Source: a virus (lineage: Duplodnaviria; Caudoviricetes). From it: DNA of 64,000 nucleotides. The stretch covers positions 1-64,000 of IMG/VR virus record IMGVR_UViG_3300030376_007544; one strand, written 5' to 3'. Below the pieces are notes generated by a model. The model was not told the DNA's origin. It did no database searches and saw nothing but the letters and a program-made list of their open reading frames with translations. Below, one piece after another: positions 40,474 through 50,730 of this stretch (the first letter of the stretch is position 1; each line of letters opens with the position of its first letter). A program made the translations under genes and the position numbers.

Positions 40474-40698
40474 GTGAGACACTTATTAACGTTTACTAGA
40501 ATGATCGCACAAGAGATCAGACTAGTAATCACAAAGGTGCTAGATCTTCTAGCAACTCCATATTGGAGAGTTTACAACAAACTACACAATAGGAGGTACA
40601 GAAGAGAAAACCCCGAAAGGTTTGATCGACTAACTGGCGAGATGTTAGTTTTTGATCCTAGATCAGAAACATACAAAAGACTAGAGGAACTAGTCTAA
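40474..40698 (+). CDS. Hypothetical protein
   Basis: GTG with AGGA RBS, followed by a hairpin. Confidence 0.6.
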   Translation: MRHLLTFTRMIAQEIRLVITKVLDLLATPYWRVYNKLHNRRYRRENPERFDRLTGEMLVFDPRSETYKRLEELV

Positions 40699-40896
40699 TC
40701 GCAGAGGAGGCGCCCCTCGCAAGAGGGGCAACTCTTCACTACATAGAACACCTAGACAACCCTAGAGCGTTCAGAGTCCCCTAGAGGGCTAGAATACCTC
40801 TCTGAAATATAGAGGGGGGAGGGGAACCTGGGCGCTTTTATCTAACTTTGTGAAAACTTTCACAAACTTACTTTGTGAAAACTTTCACAAACTTTT

Positions 40897-41119
40897 GTTA
40901 AGTTTGCTTAACTTTGTTCGTGAAGTTCGCCTAACTCGATAAGTTAAGTTTGCTTAACTTTGTTAGTTAAGTTCGCCTAACTTTTTCTGTTAAGTTTGCC
41001 TAACATAAAATGTTAAGTTTGCTTAACATAAAATGTTAAGTCAGCCTAACAAAAAATGTTAGCTTAGCCTAACATCAAATGTTAGCTTAGCCTAACATCG
41101 AATGTGAGGCATGCCTAAC
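40897..41119. repeat. Ten GTTARG-N4-CYTAAC palindromes at exact 23-bp period (DtxR/IdeR/MntR-like boxes)
   Basis: Starts at 40897, 40920 ... 41104; further clusters at 41957, 43796, 44749, 46188, 47273, 50396, 51288, 54548. Confidence 0.9.
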
Positions 41120-41626
41120 ACCCAAATTTCGCCAGTTTCGCCTAAGCGCTGGAATCCTACGGTCAAGCTTTTTAGGATTTTTTGAAAAAAAAATTGAAAA
41201 AAATTTGAAAAAAAAATTGAAAACATTTAACATTCAACACACAAAGGAACCTTATACCTAGTAAAGAACTAAAACAATTACCAAACCAAACCACATATAC
41301 CCAGTGCCACAGTAGACCAACATCACTAACATGACACGTTGGAACTACGCAACAGTACCTAAACTGATACTAAATGATCACTACTCCAACTCAACTAAGT
41401 TAAAAAAACATTGAGGAACTGCACCCGAAGTAAGCAACTCGCTAGCTTTCTCCCAGAAAACTAGGGGATTACACTCATCAACCATGTACATAACTGCAAT
41501 CAAACGTTCCATTATATCCATGAACATACTGTATCGCAACCCTTTCCCCAAAAATCCTCCAATTCCTGCTACAATAGTTCAACAAATACTTGACACTTCA
41601 AACGGGACTATATAAGATAGATAAAC

Positions 41627-41785
41627 ATGAACGAAAACAACGACGACCACGCTACAGAAGCTTCGCCAGTTACTGCGCCTAGACTGTCACGCTATACTTG
41701 TCATAAGTGTGATGTATCACTAGAGGCACTAACAGAGTCTGATGTTTGGTGTGGAAAAGGACATCGCATGGAGAGGATAGGCTAA
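41627..41785 (+). CDS. Small Zn-ribbon protein (52 aa)
   Basis: CHKC...CGKGH; follows TTGACA..TAAGAT promoter. Confidence 0.55.
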   Translation: MNENNDDHATEASPVTAPRLSRYTCHKCDVSLEALTESDVWCGKGHRMERIG

Positions 41786-41786
41786 A

Positions 41787-41930
41787 GTGGCTAGAAGAAA
41801 CGCATCGTTTGGAGCAGGAACTATCAGCAAAACCCAGCGTAAACGCAAAGGGATACACGCAAAGAGTAAGCACTCCAAACTCAAAGGTTCCAAGAACTAT
41901 AAGAAAAAGTACAGAGGACAGGGAAGATAG
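41787..41930 (+). CDS. Small basic phage protein ending KKYRGQGR
   Basis: MARRNASFGAG...YKKKYRGQGR; this C-terminal motif recurs in small basic phage proteins. Confidence 0.65.
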   Translation: MARRNASFGAGTISKTQRKRKGIHAKSKHSKLKGSKNYKKKYRGQGR

Positions 41931-42174
41931 TTAGGCCCGAACAAACGTTCGCCAATGTTAAGCACGCCTAACATTTGATGTTAGCTTAACCTAACACATC
42001 GAACAAACGTTCGCCACATACCGAACAAATGTTCGCCCATGTTCGTCACATTTTTGCTCGTTTTGCGAAGCCACCCGAATCCTACGGTCAACCTACGGTC
42101 AGCATAAAACAGAAAAACCCCACACCCGAAAGAAAAAGAAAAGGTGTGGGGTTAGACTGGAAAGAAAGGTACTT

Positions 42175-42438
42175 TTAAGGTAGCACCAACCTCTGTCCTA
42201 TTTGAAGATATGAACCTCCATTGAGTTCGCTTGCTTGATAGACTGCGTGTCCAGTATGACCTTCGCAGTGTTCATTTATTATGTCCCAGAGAGTGTCGCC
42301 ACTTTCAACTGTCACTTCACCGGATTGGCACTTGTAGTCAATTGCGTCATTTGCGCCCTTGACTATCCCTATTCCCAGTCCAGCAGTGATAGCAATTGCG
42401 CCTATCCCTCCAAGAGCTTTTTTAGTTAATGTGTTCAT
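42175..42438 (-). CDS. Membrane-anchored LysM-domain protein
   Basis: N-terminal TM; VESGDTLWDI...LN....LQIGQRLVLP. Confidence 0.85.
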   Translation of the reverse strand: MNTLTKKALGGIGAIAITAGLGIGIVKGANDAIDYKCQSGEVTVESGDTLWDIINEHCEGHTGHAVYQASELNGGSYLQIGQRLVLP

Positions 42439-42554
42439 AGGTATAACCTTAACACACTCCATGTCACATTGCAACACTTCTCAACAAAAAATAAAAAAAT
42501 AATTTCTTAGGTAAAAGGTTGCGTTCATGTTGCAACTCTGCTAACATGGTATTC

Positions 42555-42701
42555 ATGAGTTACAGATACGACATAAAACACGACTGGTACACTGATAAGT
42601 GGAACGTCGTTGATACTCGTAACAGAGACTGCACAGTCTCCACACATAGTTCTAGGGAAGAAGCACTAGCCGAAGCGCTAAAAAAGGATAGTTCTTCTTA
42701 A
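42555..42701 (+). CDS. Hypothetical small protein (leaderless)
   Basis: MSYRYDIK...SREEAL. Confidence 0.5.
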   Translation: MSYRYDIKHDWYTDKWNVVDTRNRDCTVSTHSSREEALAEALKKDSSS

Positions 42702-43286
42702 CTAAGGGGGATGCTGAGGCTACCCCCCTAAATCTTAGCCCCACTTCTGGTTTCACTCATTTCCCAGAGGTGGGGCTTTCTTCGTGTACCCCCAACATTC
42801 ACCCAAAGCTCAACACGAACATATGTTCGCATCGAGGTCAGGTCAGGCCGAGCAGGTCGAGAGGCCGATGTGTCCCGATTACATCGGGGCTTTATCAGAC
42901 CTAAGCTTAGCTCGAAGCTTAGCTTGACCAGCTCGAAGCTTAGCTGGATGCAGGAAAAGTTTGCCAAAAGGTTGCATTTTGAATCGTTTTGCGCTAAACT
43001 TCAGCAAACCCTACGGTCAGCCTACGGTCAAACCTGGGAAAAATCAACAAAAGCCAACGAAAAGTTGCAATTTTGTCCAGCTTTGCAGCAGCTTAGCAGC
43101 AGCTTAACCAGCTTAGCAGCAGCTCGGATGCAGCGATTCGAGGTCAACCTCGTGAAGTCCCGACTATATCGGGACGATATGACCTCACTTATTGGCCATC
43201 TCGCACTTGCATCCATATAAGCTCGCATACCAGGAAGAAACCCCAGACTAGGGAAATGAGTAAAACCTAGTCTGGGGTTATGAACT

Positions 43287-43379
43287 TTAGTGTCCTAAAA
43301 CATTTAGGACTGCTAAAGTTAGAAATAGGATTCCGAACATCCAATACATCGGAACCATTTCTTTTGAATACCAACTCAT
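43287..43379 (-). CDS. 30-aa hydrophobic peptide
   Basis: MSWYSKEMVPMYWMFGILFLTLAVLNVLGH; GGGAG RBS, own promoter and terminator. Confidence 0.5.
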   Translation of the reverse strand: MSWYSKEMVPMYWMFGILFLTLAVLNVLGH

Positions 43380-43459
43380 CTTTATCTCCCTTCGTTGATA
43401 CTTCATCTTATCAAACTCACAACTAATTGCAACCTTTAATTAAAATTATTTATTATTTA

Positions 43460-43732
43460 TTACCACTCACGCCAACTTCTGCCCCAACGTGGAGATGTTG
43501 ATCGTAAGTAGGTTGCGAGTTCAGGGTACTTCTCTTCTATAGCGCTAGGCAAGTAAACGTGCACTAGCAGATCAAGCGTCCTAACGAACCTACAGGGAGA
43601 ACCAAACCAAAACCTACTTCGTGGTTTCATTTCGTTCTTGATGTAGGCACGAACCCTATTGTGATCTATGTCCCAATAATCAACGCCAACTTTATCTGCG
43701 AAGATTCGTAGTCCTATGTAGTAGTTGTTCAT
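43460..43732 (-). CDS. Hypothetical protein, paralog of 59108-59389
   Basis: DYWDIDH...RFWFGSPC...LDLLVHVYLPS shared. Confidence 0.8.
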   Translation of the reverse strand: MNNYYIGLRIFADKVGVDYWDIDHNRVRAYIKNEMKPRSRFWFGSPCRFVRTLDLLVHVYLPSAIEEKYPELATYLRSTSPRWGRSWREW

Positions 43733-44374
43733 ATGTATGAGTATAGGTTGTCTACAACTATATTGCAAGTTTTATCTAAGAAATTGTTTGATATTATTAG
43801 CTCCACCTAACATGCCCGAATGTTAGGCTTGCTTAACATTGAGTGTAAGTTTAACATAACACAGGTCAGGTCAGGTCAGGTCGAGCAGCAACAGGCCAAA
43901 TCGAGGTCAAGATGTCCCGAATATATCGGGACTAATCGAGAGCTTAGCAGCTTAGCAGCAGCTCGAAGCTTAGCTCGATCCCAGCTCAGCCGAAGCTGGA
44001 AAACCCTACGGTCAGCCTTTTTTTGCTAAAATGTTGCAAAACGAAAGGCTTTGTGATATAATGGAATCAACTTTTGCCCATCCTAGCACAAACTTTGGCG
44101 AAGACCATCCCAAATCCAGCTCGACGCAGCAACTTTGATCGACTCGACTCAGTGAGTCCCGACTATAACGGGGGTCTACTAGGTCGATTTGACCAGCTTT
44201 GGCCCTTATCGCCACATCCCGTATACCAGGAAGAGATCCCAAATTAGATAAGGAAATAAAACTAATTTGGGATCAACTCCGTAAATTTATTGTGTCACTC
44301 ACTTCTTGAGTGTGAGGGATTTATGTTGCCACGATCCCTACTCGCCGAATCTGATTCAGATGGTTTAGTTACGC

Positions 44375-44566
44375 TTAAGCCTGAACTGTGTCGAGCCATG
44401 CCTGCGCTTCCTCGTGCGTCTTAAACCCCATTAGGATTTTTGACGCTTCTGGATAAAGCGCGTGGAAGGCTGATGGTTCATTGCTCTCAGGTCCCCATAG
44501 CCGAAGCCATCGAGCACTGTAGCGAACTACGCCTGTCTCTATATGATCACCCCATTTCCACTCATG
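44375..44566 (-). pseudogene. Possible frameshifted cassette ORF
   Basis: Coding-like frame (…FKTHEEAQAWL) lacks an in-frame start after its promoter; the nearest ATG is out of frame by one base. Confidence 0.35.
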
Positions 44567-44641
44567 TATCCAGGTTATCACGAAATTTCGCAAAACCACC
44601 CGGTTTTTTAAAAAAATTTAAATTTGCCACATTATGGGAAA

Positions 44642-44656
44642 TGAGAATGATTCTCA
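44642..44656. promoter_or_regulatory. Fur/Zur-family 7-1-7 box
   Basis: Perfect palindrome TGAGAAT-G-ATTCTCA next to Rex, LexA and DtxR-like boxes. Confidence 0.6.
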
Positions 44657-45387
44657 AAAGTTTGTGAAATGTTTCACTAAGTGACCGAACATTTGTTCCC
44701 CCGAACACTTGTTCCCCCCGAACATATGTTCCCCGAACACTTGTTCGTGTTAAGCATGCCTAACATTGAGTGTTAGCTTAACATAACAAAATAAAAAAAA
44801 TAAAAAAATTTCAAGAAAAGGTTGTTTTTTTTGAAAGGCTGCACAAAAAATCGACAGGTCAAAATCGACCTCAGCGTGTCCCGAATATATCGGGGGTCTA
44901 CCAGGTCGCTGGAAACGCTACGGTCAAGCTACGGCCAAGCTTTCGAGCTGAAAAGGTTGCGAAAGCAAAAAACTTCTGCTAAAATGAAAAGAAATCTTCA
45001 AAAGTTTAGCGAAAGCCTGGGGAAAAACAACCAAAAGCGGCAAAAAGTTGAAAAAAAGCAGCTTCGCAGCGCAGCTTCGGGTCATCCAGCAGCCACATCC
45101 CGCATAAGTCCCGACTATATCGGGGGCCTCTAAGGTCCACGTATCCTGGATCGGATCATCCTTTTCACGAGCTTCACTCAGTGTGTTCATGTGACTACTT
45201 TTTAGTCTGGATCCCGATTTCACTCAGCGTGTTCATATGACTACTTTTTATTCTGGATCCAGAATCGTATTCATGGGATTTCCCACAATGTGGTTAATTT
45301 TGAAACTTTGGTAAAAAAGTTTCGAATGTCACAGGCATTAGATAGATTGAATACATGGAAAAGAAACAAGGGAAGGAAGGTGAAAAA

Positions 45388-45657
45388 ATGAGAACTCTTG
45401 AGAACGGAGCAACCGCTCTTGTGTGGAGTGTGCAACACAATGCTGAAGGCAGTGGGTATCGCAACTACACAGGCGTTGTTCTGGCTCATGCGCCCCATCT
45501 GATGGATCCATATGCAACATGGACTGTCGCTTCAGATGATGGGATCACGTTCTGGTGTAATGCAGGGCATTACTACTCCAGTCGTGAAGATGCACATCAA
45601 GACTTCGTAGTGCGTGCCACTAACGAAACAGACTTGATGTCTCACGCAGTAGCCTAA
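45388..45657 (+). CDS. Hypothetical protein
   Basis: GAAGGT RBS; GHYY...A..DF..R pattern. Confidence 0.65.
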   Translation: MRTLENGATALVWSVQHNAEGSGYRNYTGVVLAHAPHLMDPYATWTVASDDGITFWCNAGHYYSSREDAHQDFVVRATNETDLMSHAVA

Positions 45658-45774
45658 AGCGAGTCAGACTCGGAGCCTGATGGGGGCTTGGCAACAGAAC
45701 CCCATCACCCCAACAACTTGATAAGGAAGGAAAAAGATCCCCCACTCCCTAAGGTGGGGGATTTTTATTTACCC

Positions 45775-45876
45775 CAGATCCAGATCCAGATCCAGATCCA
45801 GATCCGAGCCTGATCCTGATCCGAGTCAGATCCAGATCCAGATCCAGATTGGAGTCAGATCCAGATCCAGATCCAT
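45775..45876 (+). repeat. (CAGATC)n hexamer tandem repeat
   Basis: CAGATCCAGATCCAGATC... with a few degenerate units. Confidence 0.9.
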
Positions 45877-46392
45877 CCCCGAAACTCTTTCAAACTGGGC
45901 AACTTTGGAAATCGCTACGGTCAAGCTCCGGTCAAACTTTTTGCATCCTTCTGATCCGCCCTCGATCCAACCCTGCAACCTGGAATACCCCCGATTATAT
46001 CGGGACTTTCTGAGAAGTCGAGGGTCTAAAGCTGCATCCGAGCTGCATCCGAGCTGGAGCTTAGCTACTGCGTGAGTCCCGTTATATTCGGGACTATACG
46101 ATAGGTTTTGACCTGACCTGACCTGCTGCTCGACCTGACCTGACCTGATGACCATCCCCCGAACTAAGTTACTCAGTGGTAACTTGTGTTAGGCACGCTT
46201 AACACTAAATGTTAGGTGAACTTAACATATGTTAGGTATGCTTAACATTCAATGTTAGGCACGCTTAACATACTCCCCGAATAATGTTAGCTTCACCTAA
46301 CACTCAATGTTAGGGCTACTTAACGAAATAAATAATCTAAAGAATTCATCAAAAACACCCGGAGTGTCACACATAGATGATAGATTGAACTT

Positions 46393-46704
46393 ATGAGTAG
46401 TTTGGAGGTGAAAGAAAATATGAGTCATGTACTTCTGATTGAAGGCGCTGATGGCGATTTAGTTGATGCACATACAGTGTGTAGCGACAGTTGTCACCGG
46501 AGCCTAGCAGTAGAGTTAGACGTGCCCTATGGAGGGTGGTTCGGTTGTATCGAACTGGAGTTTAACGACTACTGTCAGTCTTGTGGGACGCTGATTCATG
46601 GGGTTGAAGGACCCCATGAGTTCCATAACACTGTATGTGAAGATACCACTTGTGAACTTTGTTCTGATGAACGTAAGTTGCAACTGGAACTCGCTACAGT
46701 TTAA
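46393..46704 (+). CDS. Cys/His-rich hypothetical protein
   Basis: CSDSC, CQSCG, C....C..C. Confidence 0.65.
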   Translation: MSSLEVKENMSHVLLIEGADGDLVDAHTVCSDSCHRSLAVELDVPYGGWFGCIELEFNDYCQSCGTLIHGVEGPHEFHNTVCEDTTCELCSDERKLQLELATV

Positions 46705-47432
46705 GGCTTCAATCCAATCCTGAATAAGATTCGGACTCACACCCCTAGAGTTGGCACCAGAATAGGGGCAACACAAACAACAACACATTCAACGAAACAT
46801 TGAAATACAACTAAACAACTCATGGATATTCCCCGATTTACTTAGGTGAGTCGGGGAACTTTCCTGGAATCCGAGAAAGCTCGGAATTGCTACGGTCAAG
46901 TTATTCTGGTCAAACTGCAGCCAATCATCCGAACTCAAGCAGCCAATCGATTCGAACTCAAAAAGCCCCGTATATATCGGGACTAAATAAGAAGCTGAAT
47001 GAAATCGTGAGCTTAGCTGCTGCTGCGAGCTGAGCTTAGCCGCTAAAAAGTGACGAAAAGTGACGAAAGTGACGAAAAGTTCGAAACTTTTTTACCATCC
47101 TATCAAAAGTTTTTGAAAATTGCAACTTTTTGCCGAAAAACCAGGGAGCTTAGCCGCTGAATCAGCCGCTACACGCTGCAAATCGAAGTCGATTCAGCAG
47201 GTAAGTCCCGTAATAATCGGGACATATTAAGGTTGGCCTGACCTGACCTGCCATCCCAGCAGCCATCCAAGTGTTAGGTATGCTTAACACGAAATGTTAG
47301 GTACGCTTAACATTAGAACCGAACAAGTGTTCGTTTATGTCATTTATGTTACAGAAAAAGAAATTTAAGAAAATCTTGCGTAAAACTTGCAATTGTCACA
47401 CCCACCACCTAAGATGGTGTTTACATAGATGA

Positions 47433-47482
47433 GGCACCTGCCAAGTAGGTGAAGAGTCTGGGTAAGAGTCCCAGAAGGTGCC
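47433..47482 (+). ncRNA. Conserved three-way-junction leader RNA, copy 1
   Basis: P1 GGCACCT/AGGTGCC around GCC-loop-GGT-GAAGAG-TCTGGG-TAAGAGT-CCCAGA. Confidence 0.6.
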
Positions 47483-47514
47483 ACATTGTAAACACCTATA
47501 GGAAAGAAAAACAT

Positions 47515-47760
47515 ATGCTTACACGTATGCATTTCGACACTGTAGCGAATAGCTTAAGGCTTAGGCTTGAAGCACTTATTGACAACCTCAATAGAGCGCC
47601 TCAAATCCACATGGAAGCCGTTAAGGTATGGCACGCAATCGCTTGCGATATGCGCACCATGTTCGCTGGAAGTAACCCTAGATTTGATGAAGAAAAGTTT
47701 AACGACGCTTCTGGAATCACTTCAGTGGAATACTTTCTCCCCAGTGTCAAAACCGACTAA
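47515..47760 (+). CDS. Hypothetical phage protein
   Basis: MLTRMHF..VA...NPRFD..KF pattern. Confidence 0.7.
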   Translation: MLTRMHFDTVANSLRLRLEALIDNLNRAPQIHMEAVKVWHAIACDMRTMFAGSNPRFDEEKFNDASGITSVEYFLPSVKTD

Positions 47761-48302
47761 GAGTCGGAGTCCGGCGGAACTCGGCAACAGAATCCGCCCA
47801 AATAAATAGCCAACCTAAACAAATACTCCGCTGAAAGGGCGGGGTATTTGCCTGGAATCGAGAAAGTTCGAAAACCCTACGGTCAAGCTACGGTCAAGCT
47901 TTTGAGCTGGTCGGCAGGTCAAAACTCAAGTCGATCCCAATCAGTCCCGAATATAACTGGACTATCTAACCGTTCTTTTGTTTAATTCGAGCTTAAGGAC
48001 CACCCAGGCAAAGGTTCCCGACTTGTCTGACGGGAACCTTTTTTAATCCGGTATTTAGTTTGGAACCTTATCGCTTTTTGGGCGGTATACAACTTTTCAG
48101 TATGTAAAACCACACCATAGCAAATCCTACTGGACCTACTAGAGCAAATACAATTTCCATGTATTTCTTTCTGAGTGATTAAGTACTTCTTAACCTCTCA
48201 CCTTCAATACTAGGTGCAAATATCATAAATTGCAACCTTAAAACAAAAAAAATAAAAAATAACCCCTGATCCGAAGATCAAGGGCTACTTTTGTTATTAG
48301 TT

Positions 48303-48566
48303 TTAGCCTATTCCTGCGAACTTATTAAATTCAGCCTCTTCAGCGATTGTTAGTTCTCTAGGTTGTTGGTTGTGGATTTCTAACCCCCACATTGTTCGGT
48401 GCATATGCTCAATCTCTTTAGCCTGTCTGTAGTCTTTACAAAACAGTTGTAGTATTTGACAATCAGTTTGATCGCCAGTTGGAGATTGAAACCATAAGTG
48501 TAGAGCATTATCTCTTACTTCGGTTCCGCATAAAGCTCCCTTTGTTGTTATTGTTGGTTCTATCAT
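48303..48566 (-). CDS. Hypothetical protein
   Basis: ORF with promoter and terminator. Confidence 0.65.
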   Translation of the reverse strand: MIEPTITTKGALCGTEVRDNALHLWFQSPTGDQTDCQILQLFCKDYRQAKEIEHMHRTMWGLEIHNQQPRELTIAEEAEFNKFAGIG

Positions 48567-48706
48567 GTATTCCCATCTAATCCGTTAGTACTTCTAACTT
48601 CATAACTTAATCGTATCATGACCCGAAACAGATTGCAACCCCAATAGCAAAAAATTATCTAAAATAATTCTTGCTTTTGTCACACACCTATGTTAAGGTA
48701 ATAAAC

Positions 48707-48859
48707 ATGATAAACAAACTAAAAGACAACGGACATAAGTGGAAGGCACTTGATGGAGATGTTCGGTGTGTTGTGTGTGATGCACGGCCATCGGGAGCAT
48801 CTGCCAAAAAGTTGTGCATACGCTTTGATCTGGAGAGAATGCAAGGCTCTAAAATATGA
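48707..48859 (+). CDS. Small Zn-binding protein
   Basis: H.W.....RCVVCD...C; leaderless. Confidence 0.5.
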   Translation: MINKLKDNGHKWKALDGDVRCVVCDARPSGASAKKLCIRFDLERMQGSKI

Positions 48860-48957
48860 TTACAATTCTAGTCACATTTGGAGTTGGAGTGATAGTTGGA
48901 ATACTTATCGCAACTTACTTAGAGCATGGGGCAATACTTTTGCCCGATGACGAGTAG
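48856..48957 (+). CDS. 33-aa single-TM peptide
   Basis: MITILVTFGVGVIVGILIATYLEH..., ATGA overlap. Confidence 0.5.
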   Translation: MITILVTFGVGVIVGILIATYLEHGAILLPDDE

Positions 48958-49229
48958 CAAACTCTACGGTCAGACTATTTCGCAAAAAGATTGAGTGTCC
49001 TGACGGGTACATAAGGACCAACGGCAGTTGGCGGTATTGTTGGGGTGTGGTAGGAATACTGCACTAAAGCGACACACTCTAGGGAATCGAGCCTACTTTC
49101 GGGGACAGATAGCAATATGTCCAGTCCGATAGGGCTAGCCGTACCAAGCGGTTGAGTACTCCTTAATCCCTAACCCCACCTTCGTGCTGAGGGTGGGGTA
49201 TTCTTTTACCCCACCCCCTACGGTCAGCA

Positions 49230-49481
49230 CTACCGTCGGTTGTAGCGCCTTCGGTTAAACGCCCGACATGTACGGCAGTTAGTCGCCAACTTCTCTTCGC
49301 CCTGATAGACGTAAGTGAATTGCTCCACTTTCAACCATTGACGACAAGTGCGACATATGTACATCTCGCCCTTCGCAGCTCGTTTAATGGCTTCAAGATC
49401 AGTGTGGTCGTGGTTGTCTTCCATGACACTGGCACGATCCATTCTTGCCTTTAACTTAGTCGCTTGAAAACGATCTTTCAT
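49230..49481 (-). CDS. Zn-finger protein
   Basis: CRTC...CRTC; AGGAGG RBS. Confidence 0.7.
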   Translation of the reverse strand: MKDRFQATKLKARMDRASVMEDNHDHTDLEAIKRAAKGEMYICRTCRQWLKVEQFTYVYQGEEKLATNCRTCRAFNRRRYNRR

Positions 49482-49678
49482 AATTCACCTCCTTAGGTAA
49501 TTTGTCTTACACTACATATAGGCACCAAAGTCGTAAAAAGCGGACATAAAAATAAAAATAATTTATTTTGCTTAAAGGGTTGCATTCGGGCCACAAAGAT
49601 GCTACGCTGGTAATTACCAAGTTGGAAGTACCAATTTGGCTCAAGTCGGAAGTACTGACTTGATTAAGGAGATATTCG

Positions 49679-49822
49679 ATGCAAAGAGAATTGAACTGCA
49701 AATGTGTTAGATGTGACAAATTGTACACAACTAGCAAACTAGCAGGAATAGATCGCAAAGGTTTCTGCATTAACTGTTGGCAACACCAACGAAATATATG
49801 GAGACTCGTAAGATCAACATAA
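49679..49822 (+). CDS. Small Zn-finger protein (47 aa)
   Basis: CVRC...CINC; AGGAG RBS. Confidence 0.6.
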   Translation: MQRELNCKCVRCDKLYTTSKLAGIDRKGFCINCWQHQRNIWRLVRST

Positions 49823-50084
49823 ACATAAACTAAAACATAAAGTTTCGTGAAGAAGTTTTCTCATTTTCCTTCTTCATGAAACATTCCCAAAAAGACCCAC
49901 ACTTTTTCATTTTCTTTCGAGTGTGGGTCTTTTTCTGTCCAGCTACATAATACAAAATCAAAAAAATACTAAGAGTTGTATTTATATCGGGACTTTCTTA
50001 CTTACCCTTCCTTCTATTACACCTCTATGGTGTCCCTATGGTGTCCCTACCCAGGCAGAAGGGGAGCCGAAGCCCCCCTCCAAA

Positions 50085-50279
50085 TTAAGACGCTTTTTTA
50101 GCGTTGAGTTTTTTGAAGTAAGGAGTGACATCATCAACCACTTTTTCACCGTAGTGAATTTCAGTGGCGATTACCATGTCTCCACAGTCCCTTATTTCTT
50201 GGGCTTTTTCTTCGAGCTCATATTCACATACGATTTCCGAAGTGCCTTCGTTATAAGCAATTAATAAGAATTCTCTCAT
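50085..50279 (-). CDS. Hypothetical protein
   Basis: ORF with promoter and terminator. Confidence 0.55.
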   Translation of the reverse strand: MREFLLIAYNEGTSEIVCEYELEEKAQEIRDCGDMVIATEIHYGEKVVDDVTPYFKKLNAKKAS

Positions 50280-50730
50280 TGTTTTCTTTCTATCTGATTG
50301 AGACTCTCTCAACCCGATAACTTAACTCTAACAGGGTTTGAGAAAAAACACAACCTTTTTTCAAAAAAAAATAAAATAATTTTTTCCTCTATTTTGTTAG
50401 GTATGCTTAACATCAAATGTTAGCTACGCCTAACACTTTTACTGGTCGAGTGGCCTGAAATTGAAAAATCAAGCTGACTTTGTGAAACTTTTCACAAACT
50501 ATCGAGGAGTTTGTCGATATTTGGCCTCAAAAAGTCCCGATTATATCGGGGGCCTCTGAGGTCGAAAACTCTACGGTCAGCTCACGGTCAGCTTGCCCGC
50601 CCACCCGTAAAGTCCCGTATATATCGGGGCTTAAAGACCTCGAAACTCGAACGGCCACTCAAAAGCTCGTATACCAGGCGAAATCCACCGCACTCATAAT
50701 GCGGTGGAAGCCTCCTTCGGTTAAGAAGTT

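Larger units (their letters stand above)
41938..47333. promoter_or_regulatory. Nine LexA-type SOS boxes CGAAC-N4-GTTC(G/C)
   Basis: 41938, 42000, 42022, 42816, 44686, 44702, 44719, 44734, 47320. Confidence 0.75.
39819..50497. promoter_or_regulatory. Five Rex-type operators TTGTGAA-N4-TTCAC(A/T)A
   Basis: At 39819, 40848, 40873, 44662, 50480; three are perfect matches to the Rex consensus. Confidence 0.7.
41157..50590 (+). repeat. Polarised CTACGGTCA motif at 11 loci, often as an 11-bp tandem
   Basis: 41157, 42082, 43011, 44006, 44918, 45915, 46890, 47877, 48964, 49218, 50571. Confidence 0.9.

Noticed and set aside
39848-41119. CRISPR array
   Set aside because: Units are short palindromes with 7-13 bp linkers and no unique 30-40 bp spacers; no cas operon. 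The 13242-14030 nuclease sits with Rad52 in a recombination module.
41746-41934. ORF-track 62-aa ORF
   Set aside because: The alternative frames 41627-41785 and 41787-41930 give proteins with recognisable motifs and tile the region better.
42728-46155. ORF-track entries 42728-42967, 42870-43220, 43028-43228, 43820-44029, 44012-44242, 44822-45133, 45826-46155
   Set aside because: They are translations of spacer repeats (LRSA, SRLYR, QVRSGQ, IWIWI) with no RBS or promoter.
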